Positions 45,858 through 46,021 of a DNA stretch of 46,021 bases are shown piece after piece. Numbering within the stretch: position 1 is the first letter of the stretch; the number at the start of each line of letters is the position of its first letter. Position numbers and translations under genes: made by a program. The DNA comes from a virus (Duplodnaviria; Caudoviricetes). The stretch covers positions 1 to 46,021 of IMG/VR virus record IMGVR_UViG_3300046323_000666; one strand, 5' to 3'. A model generated the notes under the pieces. That model had not been told where the DNA came from. It did not search any database and saw only the letters and a program-made list of their open reading frames with translations.

Positions 45858-46019
45858 TTATTGATTAAATATTTCCATTTCGGCTTTCTCTCCCTCAAAA
45901 TCAATCGGGTCTTTATCTTTTGCTTTTTGGTCGGCTATTCTACTTGTGGCGGTAGCCTGTGTAGCAAGATTTTTTTCTTTGTCAGATTGCATCTTTTCAA
46001 GTTTTTGAGTTGCTCCTGA
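45858..46019 (-). CDS. C-terminal end of a truncated ORF, probably the portal protein
   Basis: Open frame from the window edge (...TQATATSRIADQKAKDKDPIDFEGEKAEMEIFNQ*); synteny with scaffold and capsid genes. Confidence 0.5.
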   Translation of the reverse strand, partial: SGATQKLEKMQSDKEKNLATQATATSRIADQKAKDKDPIDFEGEKAEMEIFNQ

Positions 46020-46021
46020 AT

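Noticed and set aside
22748-45864. Many short + strand ORFs opposite the virion genes (e.g. 23972, 27563, 32114, 36625, 39495, 45526)
   Set aside because: They are antisense shadows of long minus-strand genes, with Phe/Ser/Leu-rich composition.
1-46021. Stop-codon reassignment or a diversity-generating retroelement
   Set aside because: Genes are intact and densely packed in the standard code; no reverse transcriptase or template/variable repeat pair was seen.

Overview
AT-rich window of a temperate Bacteroidota (Flavobacterium-like) tailed phage, apparently in the excised state because its attP is intact. Layout: small early genes (+, 1-4951); a minus-strand lipoprotein/hypothetical/tyrosine integrase block with a divergent excisionase-like gene (4966-7221); a cassette array (7272-12378) next to an IntI-like tyrosine recombinase (12431-13261); the lysogeny integrase with a tRNA-Ser-like attP and a repressor/Cro switch (13258-15739); recombination and replication genes (SSAP, exonuclease, initiator with iterons, DnaC-like ATPase, NinG; 15926-22720); and a minus-strand podovirus-type virion module (portal end, scaffold, major capsid, ring and nozzle proteins, ejection proteins, a 3427-aa polyvalent protein). 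The main finding is an integron-like system. Nine attC-like fold-back sites of 72-130 bp (YAAC...GTTR cores) delimit nine cassettes. Each cassette's two ends are reverse complements of each other, three cassettes carry DNA methyltransferases and one carries no gene. The genes read toward the integrase, several start inside the att hairpin, and the integrase lacks the canonical IntI insertion. All family assignments come from motif recognition by eye; no database searches were run.
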